This document shows positions 1 through 8,942 of a stretch of 32,000 bases of DNA, in pieces. The position numbers were made by a program, and so were the translations under genes. Below the pieces are notes generated by a model, which made no database searches, was not told where the DNA came from, and worked only from the letters and a program-made list of their open reading frames with translations. Source of the DNA: Opitutales bacterium (lineage in GTDB: Bacteria > Verrucomicrobiota > Verrucomicrobiia > Opitutales > Coraliomargaritaceae); NCBI GenBank assembly GCA_049606355.1, contig JBMYVL010000003.1, positions 30,001-62,000 on the forward strand, written 5' to 3'. Within the stretch, counting starts at the first letter, position 1, and every line of letters begins with the position of its first letter.

Positions 1-621
1 CTGGACGCACTTAACATCGGCCCCGAAGATCGCGTGATTCAACTCGGGGACCTAATCAACCACGGCCCCCACAGTCAGCGTGTGCTAGAACTGGCGCGCG
101 CTTACAAGATCGAAGCGATCCTCGGTAACCATGAACTTCGATTACTCAATGCGCGCCGCAATAATAATGACGGCTTACTCAAGGACTACGATAAGCCAAC
201 CTTCGAACAGTTAAGCGAAGAGGATTGGGTTTACCTCGAGGCGCTCCCAGATTACATCTACGACGCCGAACTCGAATCGATCTTTGTTCATGCTGGCTTT
301 CTTCCAAATGAAGATTGGCGCAAGCAGCCGACTTCTGTAACGACACAGATACAGGTGATCGATCCACTGGGGCAGCCTGCGAAGCGCTCTCGCGCACCGG
401 AAGCACCCGCATGGGCGGATTACTGGAAAGGCCCTCCCTATGTGATCTACGGACACACCCCGCGTCCCAAAGTCTACAAAACAAGCTGTAGTTTAGGAAT
501 TGATACGGGTTGCGTCTACGGAGGCCGCCTTACTGCCTACGACGTCGAAGCAAAAACGATCCTGCAGGTACGCGCGCGCAAAGCCTACGCGCGCAGTCGA
601 CACTTAACAGTCTCCGCCTAA
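1..621 (+). CDS. Metallophosphoesterase of the PPP/ApaH-like phosphatase family. It is 5'-truncated by the window edge.
   Basis: Frame 1 is open from base 1 (LDALNIGPEDRVIQLGDL...), so the listed GTG at 34 is internal. Motifs: GDLINHGP, GNHE (ILGNHELRLL), FVHAGF, IYGHTP. Confidence 0.8.
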   Translation: MDALNIGPEDRVIQLGDLINHGPHSQRVLELARAYKIEAILGNHELRLLNARRNNNDGLLKDYDKPTFEQLSEEDWVYLEALPDYIYDAELESIFVHAGFLPNEDWRKQPTSVTTQIQVIDPLGQPAKRSRAPEAPAWADYWKGPPYVIYGHTPRPKVYKTSCSLGIDTGCVYGGRLTAYDVEAKTILQVRARKAYARSRHLTVSA

Positions 622-688
622 ATTATAGGTTGTCATCAGATACAGACTAAGGCTGTGTCCCTTCCACCCTCTTATCAACGAACGGAAT

Positions 689-1243
689 ATGTCTGACCCT
701 ACACAACACCTTGGCTTATTAATCCTTGATCTTCAAGACAGCCTGCTGAAAGCCATACCGGATAGTGATCGCTTGCTCAAACGTTGTGCATTTGCTGTAG
801 AAGCAGCGGCATCCCTGCAGTGCAGCATTGCCGTTACGGAGCAAACTCCGGAAAAACTAGGCGCGACTTCCGCGACAGTACAAGCACTCCTGCCAGCACA
901 AACGCCGGTCTTTTCAAAAGATTCATTTTCTGCGCTGGCATCCGAAGGGTTTAATCAATGGGTGCGGACAAATCAAATCGAACACCTGTTACTCATCGGC
1001 GTGGAAACATCGATCTGTATTTACCAAACTGCAGTACAGGCATTGAGTGCAGATATCGGCATAACGATACTCGCTGATTGCATCGGTGAGCGCAGAGCCG
1101 AGGATCGGCAGCCCGTACTGCAGCAACTCTTGTCGATGGATGCCCATGTACTGCCATCGGAGACGATCTTCTATAGCCTCCTGGGTGATGCGACACATCC
1201 CGAATTTCGTGCATTCAATCAATTAGTGACCCGTTACAGTTAA
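689..1243 (+). CDS. Isochorismatase-family (cysteine) hydrolase
   Basis: 184 aa. N-terminal LLILDLQ strand with the catalytic Asp position. GVETSICIYQTA has a Cys where the family nucleophile sits. Length is typical for the family. Confidence 0.75.
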   Translation: MSDPTQHLGLLILDLQDSLLKAIPDSDRLLKRCAFAVEAAASLQCSIAVTEQTPEKLGATSATVQALLPAQTPVFSKDSFSALASEGFNQWVRTNQIEHLLLIGVETSICIYQTAVQALSADIGITILADCIGERRAEDRQPVLQQLLSMDAHVLPSETIFYSLLGDATHPEFRAFNQLVTRYS

Positions 1244-1274
1244 CATAAATTAACGCGTCACGACGCTACGCAGT

Positions 1275-1886
1275 ATGGACCCAAACTCACATTCAGAAGC
1301 CCCCGCACGAAAAATATCAAAGGAAGCAATCAACCAACTACCCCTGATTGCATGGGAAGGTACGATTGAAATTTTAACAACTGTAGAGCAAATGCAGGAT
1401 GCGGTTGAGACGCTTCAGTGTGAGTCGATTCTTGGATTCGACACAGAAACCAGACCCAGCTTCAAGAAGGGGGACTATTATCCGCCTGCATTAGTACAGC
1501 TCGCGACCGCCAACTGCGTTTACCTCTTTCGAATCTGTAAAATCAGTTCTTTTAAACCATTGCTGCCCCTCTTGGAAGCTACTGATATCCTCAAGGTTGG
1601 TGTTGGTATCCATGAAGATGTGAAGCAGCTCTGTGCGGTTGAGCAGTTCTCGGCGGCAGGATTTGTCGAAATTGCTGCGATCACCGATTCCATTGGCTAT
1701 GCAAACCGAGGCCTAAGGGCGCTAGCCGCGCTTTTGCTTGGTGGACGTATCAGTAAGGCAGCGCAAGTATCGAATTGGGCACGTCAAGAACTCGATCGTA
1801 AACAGGTTCGCTACGCCGCTACCGATGCTTGGATCAGCCGCGCCATCTATTTACGCGCGCTCGAAGAACAAGCCCAGACACACTAA
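1275..1886 (+). CDS. 3'-5' exonuclease domain protein (DEDDy, RNase D/WRN-exonuclease-like)
   Basis: 203 aa. ExoI LGFDTET, ExoII VGVGIHEDVKQL, ExoIII YAATDAW (Y-x3-D). Confidence 0.8.
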   Translation: MDPNSHSEAPARKISKEAINQLPLIAWEGTIEILTTVEQMQDAVETLQCESILGFDTETRPSFKKGDYYPPALVQLATANCVYLFRICKISSFKPLLPLLEATDILKVGVGIHEDVKQLCAVEQFSAAGFVEIAAITDSIGYANRGLRALAALLLGGRISKAAQVSNWARQELDRKQVRYAATDAWISRAIYLRALEEQAQTH

Positions 1887-1921
1887 TAGGCACTGATGCT
1901 TAGGGAAGTCGAGTGCCTGAA

Positions 1922-3856
1922 TCAAACAGTCGAATCATTACCTGCGGTATCCTCTTCGCTCACTGTAGCAGCAGCACTTGCATCCGATGACTCGGTAATC
2001 GCCGCGTCCTCAGGTAGATTCGACGATTCAGCTGTCGAGCTCTCCGCAGCGCCACTTTCGGCAACTGCTTGAACAGCCTCGCTGGCATTATCTCCAGCAT
2101 CTGGCGTTTGAGCATCAGCTACACTCGCTTCTTTATTGGATTCTTCAGACCTTACTGCGACTTCTGGGCTTTTCACTGCCGCTTCCAGCGACGCAGCCGA
2201 TACTGACTCCGCTTCATGATTCACGGCTTCTGCTGCTTTCTTTTTTGGTTCAGGCATCGGCGGTGGCGCGAAGAGACGACCATCTCCGTATTCAGTGACG
2301 TAGCCCTCCATAATCAACCAACGCAAATCGATCATCATCTGTTTCAAACGCGCCTGATCCGCTTCGGCAAGTTCAACGACCGGCGCAGGGTCCGCAACCG
2401 AATCGACCGGTGCAGCATCCGACATCTCGCCGGACTCATCCTCAGTTGAATGAACCGACTCTTTGGTGTCACCATCATGGGTTTGCGCAGCGGAATCCTG
2501 ATTCTCCGTGTCCATCGCAAGCTTCTCGGGAGTCTGCTTTTCGATATCTATATCTAAATAGCGTTTGCTTAACTGACTCGCATAAACCTCAGGATTCTTC
2601 TCTAAGAAATCCATAAGCTGTTGTATTGAGTCAGTGAATACGGTGCGACTGTCACGAAACTTTCGCTTCACCGCGCATACATAAGAAACCCCCTTTGAGC
2701 CCTTCTTATAAACCGTAAACTTATGGCGCCGTAAGCGTCCGCGGATGTTGTTCGCTGAATCGAGCGGGAAATGCAATTGCTGCTGTACGTAAGCTTCAAC
2801 CGACCGACGTAGATCACCCTTCGGCATCCGCTCTATGTCACGTCCGGCAAAACGTACCGAAGCCCCGGAAGCCACCACCTTATCCTTCCGGTGTTGTAAC
2901 AAAAAGTGCCGCACTGCCTCTAAGCTTTCGAAGGATTCCGGATCACCCTCATTGCGCTCCTTAAGAGTATAGCGAGCACCTTGCTTCATTTGCTCCAACC
3001 ATGCATCGATCGATTCTTGGTCCTTAACCGCTTCAATCTTGGAGGTATAACGCTCATAAGACATACCACTAATCTTATTGGCGTAATGACGCTGCACATA
3101 CTCCTGATAGCGGTGATAATTTGGAGGCCCTAACAACTCACCCGTCAGGCCGCACTTATTGACCATCTGAAAGTTTCCCTTCGGTGCTTCAACTTCGATC
3201 GCTTCCTTATCAAAGAAATGCTCGAGGTGATGACTCAGTACATGATTGACCGCTTCATCTTCGGTCTCGAAGGGCAAGTGGCCAGGCACTGAATAATACA
3301 AGCGCGGTGCTTCGCCAGTGGATGTTGCTTGCCCCTTCCCCTTAGCGGACCCCTTTGGAGTAACGACCACAACAAAACGTTCCGGCTTCTCGAGTAACAA
3401 ATGGGCAATTTCAAATAATTCATAGGTGCGAGCCGTCGCCTGCAAACGCTTCACCAAAGCGTCAAATGCTTCATCCTGCGGATACAAATCGACTTGTACG
3501 ATCGGCTCAAAGGTATCGCGCCGGTGGGAGTGACGCGCATCTCTTTGCTGCTGACCGGATACGCGCGGTCCACCCGCTCCAGAGCGAGCGCGATAGCCCT
3601 CTCTTTTATCTGAACTAGCATGAGTGGATCCATGGGCGCTGCTCTTCTGCCGACGATCTCGCCGTCCCTTGCCAGTACGATGAGCGCTGGTAGTACCCTC
3701 GCCCCGAGACTTGAAATGCCCCTCATTAGGATGACTCCGGCTTTTCTGATTTGTTTCATCCGCCCAGGATGGACCGAAATCGAGGCCAGAAAGTGCGTTT
3801 AAATCAAGCGCTCCAGTTTGAGTCTCTTGAGAATCTTCAGGTGTCTTATCGGCCAT
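1922..3856 (-). CDS. Hypothetical protein of 644 aa. It has an Arg/Lys/Ser/Gly-rich N-terminus, a globular core and an acidic Ala/Ser/Glu-rich C-terminus.
   Basis: Long uninterrupted ORF with an ATG start at 3856. I recognise no catalytic motif. The compositional asymmetry is read directly from the translation. Confidence 0.8.
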   Translation of the reverse strand: MADKTPEDSQETQTGALDLNALSGLDFGPSWADETNQKSRSHPNEGHFKSRGEGTTSAHRTGKGRRDRRQKSSAHGSTHASSDKREGYRARSGAGGPRVSGQQQRDARHSHRRDTFEPIVQVDLYPQDEAFDALVKRLQATARTYELFEIAHLLLEKPERFVVVVTPKGSAKGKGQATSTGEAPRLYYSVPGHLPFETEDEAVNHVLSHHLEHFFDKEAIEVEAPKGNFQMVNKCGLTGELLGPPNYHRYQEYVQRHYANKISGMSYERYTSKIEAVKDQESIDAWLEQMKQGARYTLKERNEGDPESFESLEAVRHFLLQHRKDKVVASGASVRFAGRDIERMPKGDLRRSVEAYVQQQLHFPLDSANNIRGRLRRHKFTVYKKGSKGVSYVCAVKRKFRDSRTVFTDSIQQLMDFLEKNPEVYASQLSKRYLDIDIEKQTPEKLAMDTENQDSAAQTHDGDTKESVHSTEDESGEMSDAAPVDSVADPAPVVELAEADQARLKQMMIDLRWLIMEGYVTEYGDGRLFAPPPMPEPKKKAAEAVNHEAESVSAASLEAAVKSPEVAVRSEESNKEASVADAQTPDAGDNASEAVQAVAESGAAESSTAESSNLPEDAAITESSDASAAATVSEEDTAGNDSTV

Positions 3857-4036
3857 AGTATTATAAAAACGCAGCCGAGCAGGCTACGGAGGTCAGAATC
3901 ATAATAAGTGAAGTCTCTGTTGCTACGCGAAAGCTCAGAAACATTCAAGCTCCGTACAGGTTTTTTTCGCCCACGATAACTTTTTTTAAATTTAGGGTTG
4001 AACTACAAATTGACTACCCTTTCTGTTTCGACCTCC

Positions 4037-4051
4037 AGAGCACAGTGCTCT
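4037..4051. repeat. Perfect 7+1+7 palindrome AGAGCAC-A-GTGCTCT, ending 6 nt upstream of the mature tRNA 5' end
   Basis: AGAGCAC (4037-4043) is the reverse complement of GTGCTCT (4045-4051). The 1-nt spacer is too short for an RNA hairpin loop, so it looks more like a dimeric protein-binding site. Confidence 0.4.
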
Positions 4052-4056
4052 AGCCA

Positions 4057-4173
<117 letters not shown>

Positions 4174-4264
4174 GTCTCAAGGATCGATTGGGCAGCACAC
4201 GGCGTACGACACGAATTGGGCTTAAACCGACGCCAATCATGCAAGCAAGCAGCTGCTGCCTGCG

Positions 4265-4861
4265 TTATTCGTATTGACGACGCGCATCCAACGCGCTGCG
4301 CAAAGTCACCGAGTCAGCGTAAGTAACACCGCCACCACTGGGCAGCCCAAAACCAATACGAGTGACTGCGATCGGCAACTCAGCAACCACTTCTTCTTGA
4401 ATATAATGACAGGTCGCTTGACCTTCGATGTCATTCGACAACGCGAGTACCATTTCACTGACAGCGCCTTGCGCAATACGCTGTCGAAGAGAGTCTAAAT
4501 TCAAATCCTCTGGTCCAACACCATGGATCGGTGAGAGCTTACCATGAAGCACATGGTACTGGCTTTGCCATGCGGCAGATCGCTCAATTGCGATCAAATC
4601 AGAGACGTGCTCAACAATACAAAGTCGGGTTGAGTCACGCCGTGAATCTTCACAGATTAAACACGCACGACTTTCCGAAATATTTCCACAGGTGATGCAG
4701 CGCCCCACCGACTCCTGCGCGCGGCCCAAAGATTCCACTAATTCAGTAAGCTCATGCGGGTGCTCGACGAGGAGATGCATGGCAACACGTTCGGCGGAGC
4801 GATGCCCGAGCCCAGGCAAACGCTTTAACTGCAACAACAGGCTCTCGTAAGCAGGTGTCAC
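4265..4861 (-). CDS. recR: Recombination protein RecR
   Basis: 198 aa. HhH LKRLPGLGHRSAERVAMHLL, Cys4 zinc finger CITCGN...CLICED and a Toprim region. The GTG start lies 1 nt after the ybaB stop. Confidence 0.95.
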   Translation of the reverse strand: MTPAYESLLLQLKRLPGLGHRSAERVAMHLLVEHPHELTELVESLGRAQESVGRCITCGNISESRACLICEDSRRDSTRLCIVEHVSDLIAIERSAAWQSQYHVLHGKLSPIHGVGPEDLNLDSLRQRIAQGAVSEMVLALSNDIEGQATCHYIQEEVVAELPIAVTRIGFGLPSGGGVTYADSVTLRSALDARRQYE

Positions 4862-4862
4862 C

Positions 4863-5174
4863 TTACATCAAGCCGGGAAAACCGCCCATGCCTCCAGACA
4901 GGGCAGCCATCGCTTCTTCACTGGTATCCTTCGCCTTTTGCGCAGCTTCCTGGATTGCGGAGAGTAAGGTCTCCTCAACAAATTCAGCATCTTCCTTGAG
5001 GAATTCCGGATCGATCTTAACGGAGCGAAACTCACCTTGTCCGGTGATGGTAATCTGCACCGCACCACCACCACTGGAAACCTCGACAACCTTCTCAGCA
5101 AGCTCTTCCTGGATGGCTTGCATCTGCTTCTGCATCTTCTGCGCTTGCTTTAATAGTTTACCAACACCCGCCAT
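4863..5174 (-). CDS. ybaB: Nucleoid-associated protein YbaB/EbfC
   Basis: 103 aa. KLLKQAQKMQKQMQAIQEEL...GGGAVQITITGQGE is typical of the family. A GGAGAAGGAA Shine-Dalgarno sequence directly precedes the ATG. It shows the classic ybaB-recR pairing. Confidence 0.95.
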   Translation of the reverse strand: MAGVGKLLKQAQKMQKQMQAIQEELAEKVVEVSSGGGAVQITITGQGEFRSVKIDPEFLKEDAEFVEETLLSAIQEAAQKAKDTSEEAMAALSGGMGGFPGLM

Positions 5175-5269
5175 TTCCTTCTCCTTCTAATCGGTTTAAA
5201 TACAAAGCAGAAGTGTCGTCAGTGCCCATGCACCGAGTCAAGATGATATCGACGGTAGCCAGGTCGGAA

Positions 5270-5785
5270 TCAACAACCTACCGTCAATTGAAAGCGAATG
5301 CCATGCTTGCGACGCCCCAAAGTCAAACTATGCACGCCTGTCCCAAGGCGAACCTCAGTGACGCCATTGATCATGCCGCCAAAACGACGCCCATTCACAA
5401 CCGTGCCAATCCGACTGTTTAAATCACGAATCACCACGTAATCTTTTTTAATTTCAATTGCACAGTGCACTTTTGAAACCGAATAAGGCGCTCGCTGTGC
5501 AACATACAGATCAGGGCGATGTGCAGAGTAAAACCCCCGACTTGAACCGCGGCGACCGATCACGAAGCTGGAGCAGTCAATCCAACGGCGCGCACACAAA
5601 GATTGCGCCCGAGTGACCGGGGAATCGGGTTCCAACCATACGCCAAATTTAGTTGGTGCAAGCGTCGCGGCACCCTCTAAATCAACGAGCGCTTCGGCCG
5701 GTCTACTGTGGTGCTGCCCAAAGATAGGAGGCGTGGCATGCTTTGTAATGCCCTGTCGTTTTAAGTGATCAACTAGGTCCCGCAT
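5270..5785 (-). CDS. FHA-domain protein with the FHA domain in the C-terminal half
   Basis: 171 aa. FVIGRR...VSKVHCAIEIKKDYVVIRDLNSRIGTVVNGRR matches the FHA core pattern. The N-terminal ~90 aa are unassigned. Confidence 0.7.
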   Translation of the reverse strand: MRDLVDHLKRQGITKHATPPIFGQHHSRPAEALVDLEGAATLAPTKFGVWLEPDSPVTRAQSLCARRWIDCSSFVIGRRGSSRGFYSAHRPDLYVAQRAPYSVSKVHCAIEIKKDYVVIRDLNSRIGTVVNGRRFGGMINGVTEVRLGTGVHSLTLGRRKHGIRFQLTVGC

Positions 5786-5932
5786 AGGCTTATTACCCTA
5801 TTAATCACTAGGTGCTTTCAAGCAGAATCACACGAGTGGAAAACTTTTGAAAAAAAGTTAACAGCTGAGCACTTTTCGTAAGCGTCAGCAGTCTGAAACT
5901 GGCAATGAATCCGAGCGCTCAATGAGCTTGAT

Positions 5933-6856
5933 TCATCCTTCATTCAGTATGGCACGATACCCTTCGCGGTAATGACAAAACCGAGGGCGCCAATTAGAGG
6001 CCTGCATGAATTTCTCATTCGCAATGACACGATCGGGCATTGAGCCTCCGCGCCGCTGTTGCCTTGGCGTGCTGAGTTGTGGATCAAAGACCGGCGCCGC
6101 GATCCCGAGTTTTGCTGCTAAATATGCGGTCAGTTCCTGTTTCAATGGCGGCTTACCGTCCGACAAGTTATAAATACCTGAAGCCACCTGCTGCGCGGTG
6201 GACAATGTACAGAGGATTGCCGTGACTACATCATCGCGATGAATCAAATTTAAGTGATAATCGCCTCTCCCGGGCATCACAGAGGTCCCCGCGCGCAATT
6301 GATCGAGAACATAATGACGTTGTGGACCATAGATACCCGCCAAACGTAAAATACAGTAGCGCTTGAACAGAGTTTTGTGATCCTGAATGAGGCCTTCGGA
6401 TTCCACAAGGATTCGGCCCGTTGCCGAAGTGCCATCTGTATCTAAATCCTCGGTAACAAGGACCCCACCATCATGCGGATAAACTGACGTACTACTGGTG
6501 TACACCAGGCAATCTAAAGTACGGAGCTTGGCCCACTCCAGAATCACCCGCTGCCCCTCGACGTAAGACCGTTGGTAACCTTCGATACCGCCCCCCGCGG
6601 AACTCACACAATTCACGGCAGATTCGTAGCTGCCTTTTATTTGATTCAGCCAGGAGCGATCATCCAACGCGCTTTCCAGCACTTCACTCACGCCGAGCGA
6701 TCGCAGCAACTCCACTTGCCTCGGATTACGCGTCAAGGCTCCCACCCGCACGCCCCGAGCAAGTAAAGCCGCTGCCAACGCAGTGCCGACATAGCCACAG
6801 CCAAATATCATCACTGACTGGGGCATCGAATCCATTGCCTGTGTAAATTGTTCCAT
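5933..6856 (-). CDS. NAD(P)-dependent epimerase/dehydratase-family (extended SDR) protein
   Basis: 307 aa. Rossmann motif IFGCGYVGTAL near the N-terminus, and the length and layout of an extended SDR. Confidence 0.7.
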   Translation of the reverse strand: MEQFTQAMDSMPQSVMIFGCGYVGTALAAALLARGVRVGALTRNPRQVELLRSLGVSEVLESALDDRSWLNQIKGSYESAVNCVSSAGGGIEGYQRSYVEGQRVILEWAKLRTLDCLVYTSSTSVYPHDGGVLVTEDLDTDGTSATGRILVESEGLIQDHKTLFKRYCILRLAGIYGPQRHYVLDQLRAGTSVMPGRGDYHLNLIHRDDVVTAILCTLSTAQQVASGIYNLSDGKPPLKQELTAYLAAKLGIAAPVFDPQLSTPRQQRRGGSMPDRVIANEKFMQASNWRPRFCHYREGYRAILNEG

Positions 6857-6917
6857 CCGTATTTACCTTAGCTAAGACTTGTACCATTGCAGTCGCTGAT
6901 GCAACCTTCACCTCCAT

Positions 6918-7841
6918 ATGTCGGCACCGAACCCAGATCAAGTACGCTCGTACTTAACGACTTTACAGAACCGCATTTGCACCGCACTCGAAATGTTTGA
7001 GGCGGATGCATCCTTCCAGGCCGACCACTGGACACGCCCCGAAGGTGGAGGCGGTTGTTCCCGAGTGTTGGAAAATGGTCAGGTATTCGAGAAGGCCGGC
7101 ATTAACTTCTCCGATGTCCTAGGCCAACACCTGCCTGAATCCGCAACGGTCACGCGCCCTGAATTGACCGGGGCAAGTTTTCACGCCATGGGTGTTTCAT
7201 TGGTCATTCATCCACGGAATCCTCACGTCCCGACAACGCACATGAATGTCCGTTTTTTTCATGCTCAGCCCAAATCGGGCGCGGCCATCTGGTGGTTTGG
7301 CGGAGGCTTTGATCTAACCCCTTACTACGGCTACGATGCCGATGCAGTCCATTGGCATCAAACGGCGCAAGCGGCCTGCGATCGGATCGATCCTACGCTT
7401 TACCCGAAATACAAAAGTGCGTGCGACCGCTATTTCCACTTACCACACCGCAATGAGGCGCGCGGCATCGGCGGTATCTTTTTTGATGACACTACAATCG
7501 GTGGCTTTGATCAGTCATTCGCCTTAATGCGTGCGGTCGGCGATCACTTTCTGCCGGCCTACGAACCAATTGTAGCCCGCCGCCAAGCGACTGAATATAC
7601 GGATGCGCAACGGCAATTTCAGCTCTACAGGCGCGGGCGTTATGTAGAATTTAATCTCGTTTATGACCGCGGAACACTGTTTGGCCTACAGTCCAACGGT
7701 CGCACCGAGTCCATTCTCATGTCGCTCCCCCCGCTGGTACGCTGGGATTATGATTGGCATCCAGAACCTGCCAGTCCGGAGGCCCGCCTTTACGAACGCT
7801 ACCTTAAACCACAGGACTGGGCAGCGATGGTGATTGATTGA
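6918..7841 (+). CDS. hemF: Oxygen-dependent coproporphyrinogen III oxidase
   Basis: 307 aa. [38 protein letters not shown]. Confidence 0.95.
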   Translation: MSAPNPDQVRSYLTTLQNRICTALEMFEADASFQADHWTRPEGGGGCSRVLENGQVFEKAGINFSDVLGQHLPESATVTRPELTGASFHAMGVSLVIHPRNPHVPTTHMNVRFFHAQPKSGAAIWWFGGGFDLTPYYGYDADAVHWHQTAQAACDRIDPTLYPKYKSACDRYFHLPHRNEARGIGGIFFDDTTIGGFDQSFALMRAVGDHFLPAYEPIVARRQATEYTDAQRQFQLYRRGRYVEFNLVYDRGTLFGLQSNGRTESILMSLPPLVRWDYDWHPEPASPEARLYERYLKPQDWAAMVID

Positions 7842-7910
7842 GATCAGCTCAGCCAACCGCTACGACTCCGCGAACGACCCTCCACCTAACTTTAGATCCA
7901 CACAACCATC

Positions 7911-8942
7911 ATGACTTCTCGTGAACGCTTCCTTGCTGCCGCACAATGCCAACCGGTTGATCGCCCGCCTATCTGGCTGATGCGCCAAGCAGGACGTTAC
8001 TTACCCGAATATCGTGAGCTGAAAGCGCAACACGATTTCGTCACCATGGTACGTACTCCGGAACTGGCCACTGAAGTGACCCTACAACCCTTGCGCCGAT
8101 TCCCACTCGATGCCGCAATTATATTCTCGGATATATTGGTTATTCCGGAAGCCTTGGGACAGGGGTACCATTTTCGCGAGGCGGGCGGCATTGGCATGGA
8201 CTACCGCCTCGACAATCTGGAAAAAATTGCTGCGTTGGACAGTCGTTCGATCCGCACAAAACTTGCTTATGTTGCGGATGCACTGCGTCTCACTCGCTCG
8301 AAAATCGGCATGGAAAAAGCCTTATTGGGCTTCAGCGGGTCACCATGGACACTCGCCTGCTATATGGTCGAAGGTGGCTCCTCGAAAGACTTCATCGCGA
8401 TTAAGAAACTTGCTTGGGATCAACCGGAAGCATTCGAAGCGCTGATGCAAAAGCTGACCGATGCCATCGTCGACTACCTGCATTTACAAATTGATGCTGG
8501 CGCTGATGCCCTGCAAATCTTCGACTCTTGGGGTTCGATCTGTCCGGCAATACACTACGAGAGCTGGTCGTTGCGTTGGATTCGACAGATCATCCAAAAG
8601 CTCCAAGCACGCGTACCCGTTATTCTCTATGCAAAGGGCATGGGTCACAAAGCAGCAGATTTGGCAAATACCGGAGCAGCCATACTCAGCATGGACTGGA
8701 CCGTGCAAGTGCAACAGATCCGCGAGCATCTCAATGCAAACGTGGCACTACAGGGCAACCTTGACCCCGTAGTGCTTACCACCAATCCGGAAATCACTCG
8801 CCGTGAAGCGCAGCGTGTGCTGGATGCAGCCGCGGGCCAACCAGGGTTCATCTTCAATCTCGGACACGGCATGTTACCCAGCGCCAGAATTGATTGCGTC
8901 GAAGCTTTGATGGAGGTCGTAACGGGACAAAAAAATGCCTAA
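7911..8942 (+). CDS. hemE: Uroporphyrinogen decarboxylase
   Basis: 343 aa. Signature PIWLMRQAGRYLPEY, then FSDILVIPEA. Confidence 0.95.
   Translation: MTSRERFLAAAQCQPVDRPPIWLMRQAGRYLPEYRELKAQHDFVTMVRTPELATEVTLQPLRRFPLDAAIIFSDILVIPEALGQGYHFREAGGIGMDYRLDNLEKIAALDSRSIRTKLAYVADALRLTRSKIGMEKALLGFSGSPWTLACYMVEGGSSKDFIAIKKLAWDQPEAFEALMQKLTDAIVDYLHLQIDAGADALQIFDSWGSICPAIHYESWSLRWIRQIIQKLQARVPVILYAKGMGHKAADLANTGAAILSMDWTVQVQQIREHLNANVALQGNLDPVVLTTNPEITRREAQRVLDAAAGQPGFIFNLGHGMLPSARIDCVEALMEVVTGQKNA

Noticed and set aside
1888-1918. Inverted repeat AGGCAC...GTGCCT between the convergent exonuclease and 644-aa genes, considered as a bidirectional terminator
   Set aside because: It has only 6 bp of stem around a 19-nt loop and no flanking T/A tracts. 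That is too weak to call.
3866-3895. Short stem (TAGCC/GGCTG on the minus strand) followed by a T-run about 10 nt upstream of the 644-aa gene ATG, considered as an attenuator
   Set aside because: The stem is only about 5 bp including a wobble pair. The T-run is more simply part of the A/T-rich translation-initiation region.
4240-4262. GCAGCTGC-centred GC-rich quasi-palindrome just downstream of the recR stop, considered as a terminator
   Set aside because: Once a loop is allowed, only about 3 bp can pair, and no U-tract follows on the minus strand.
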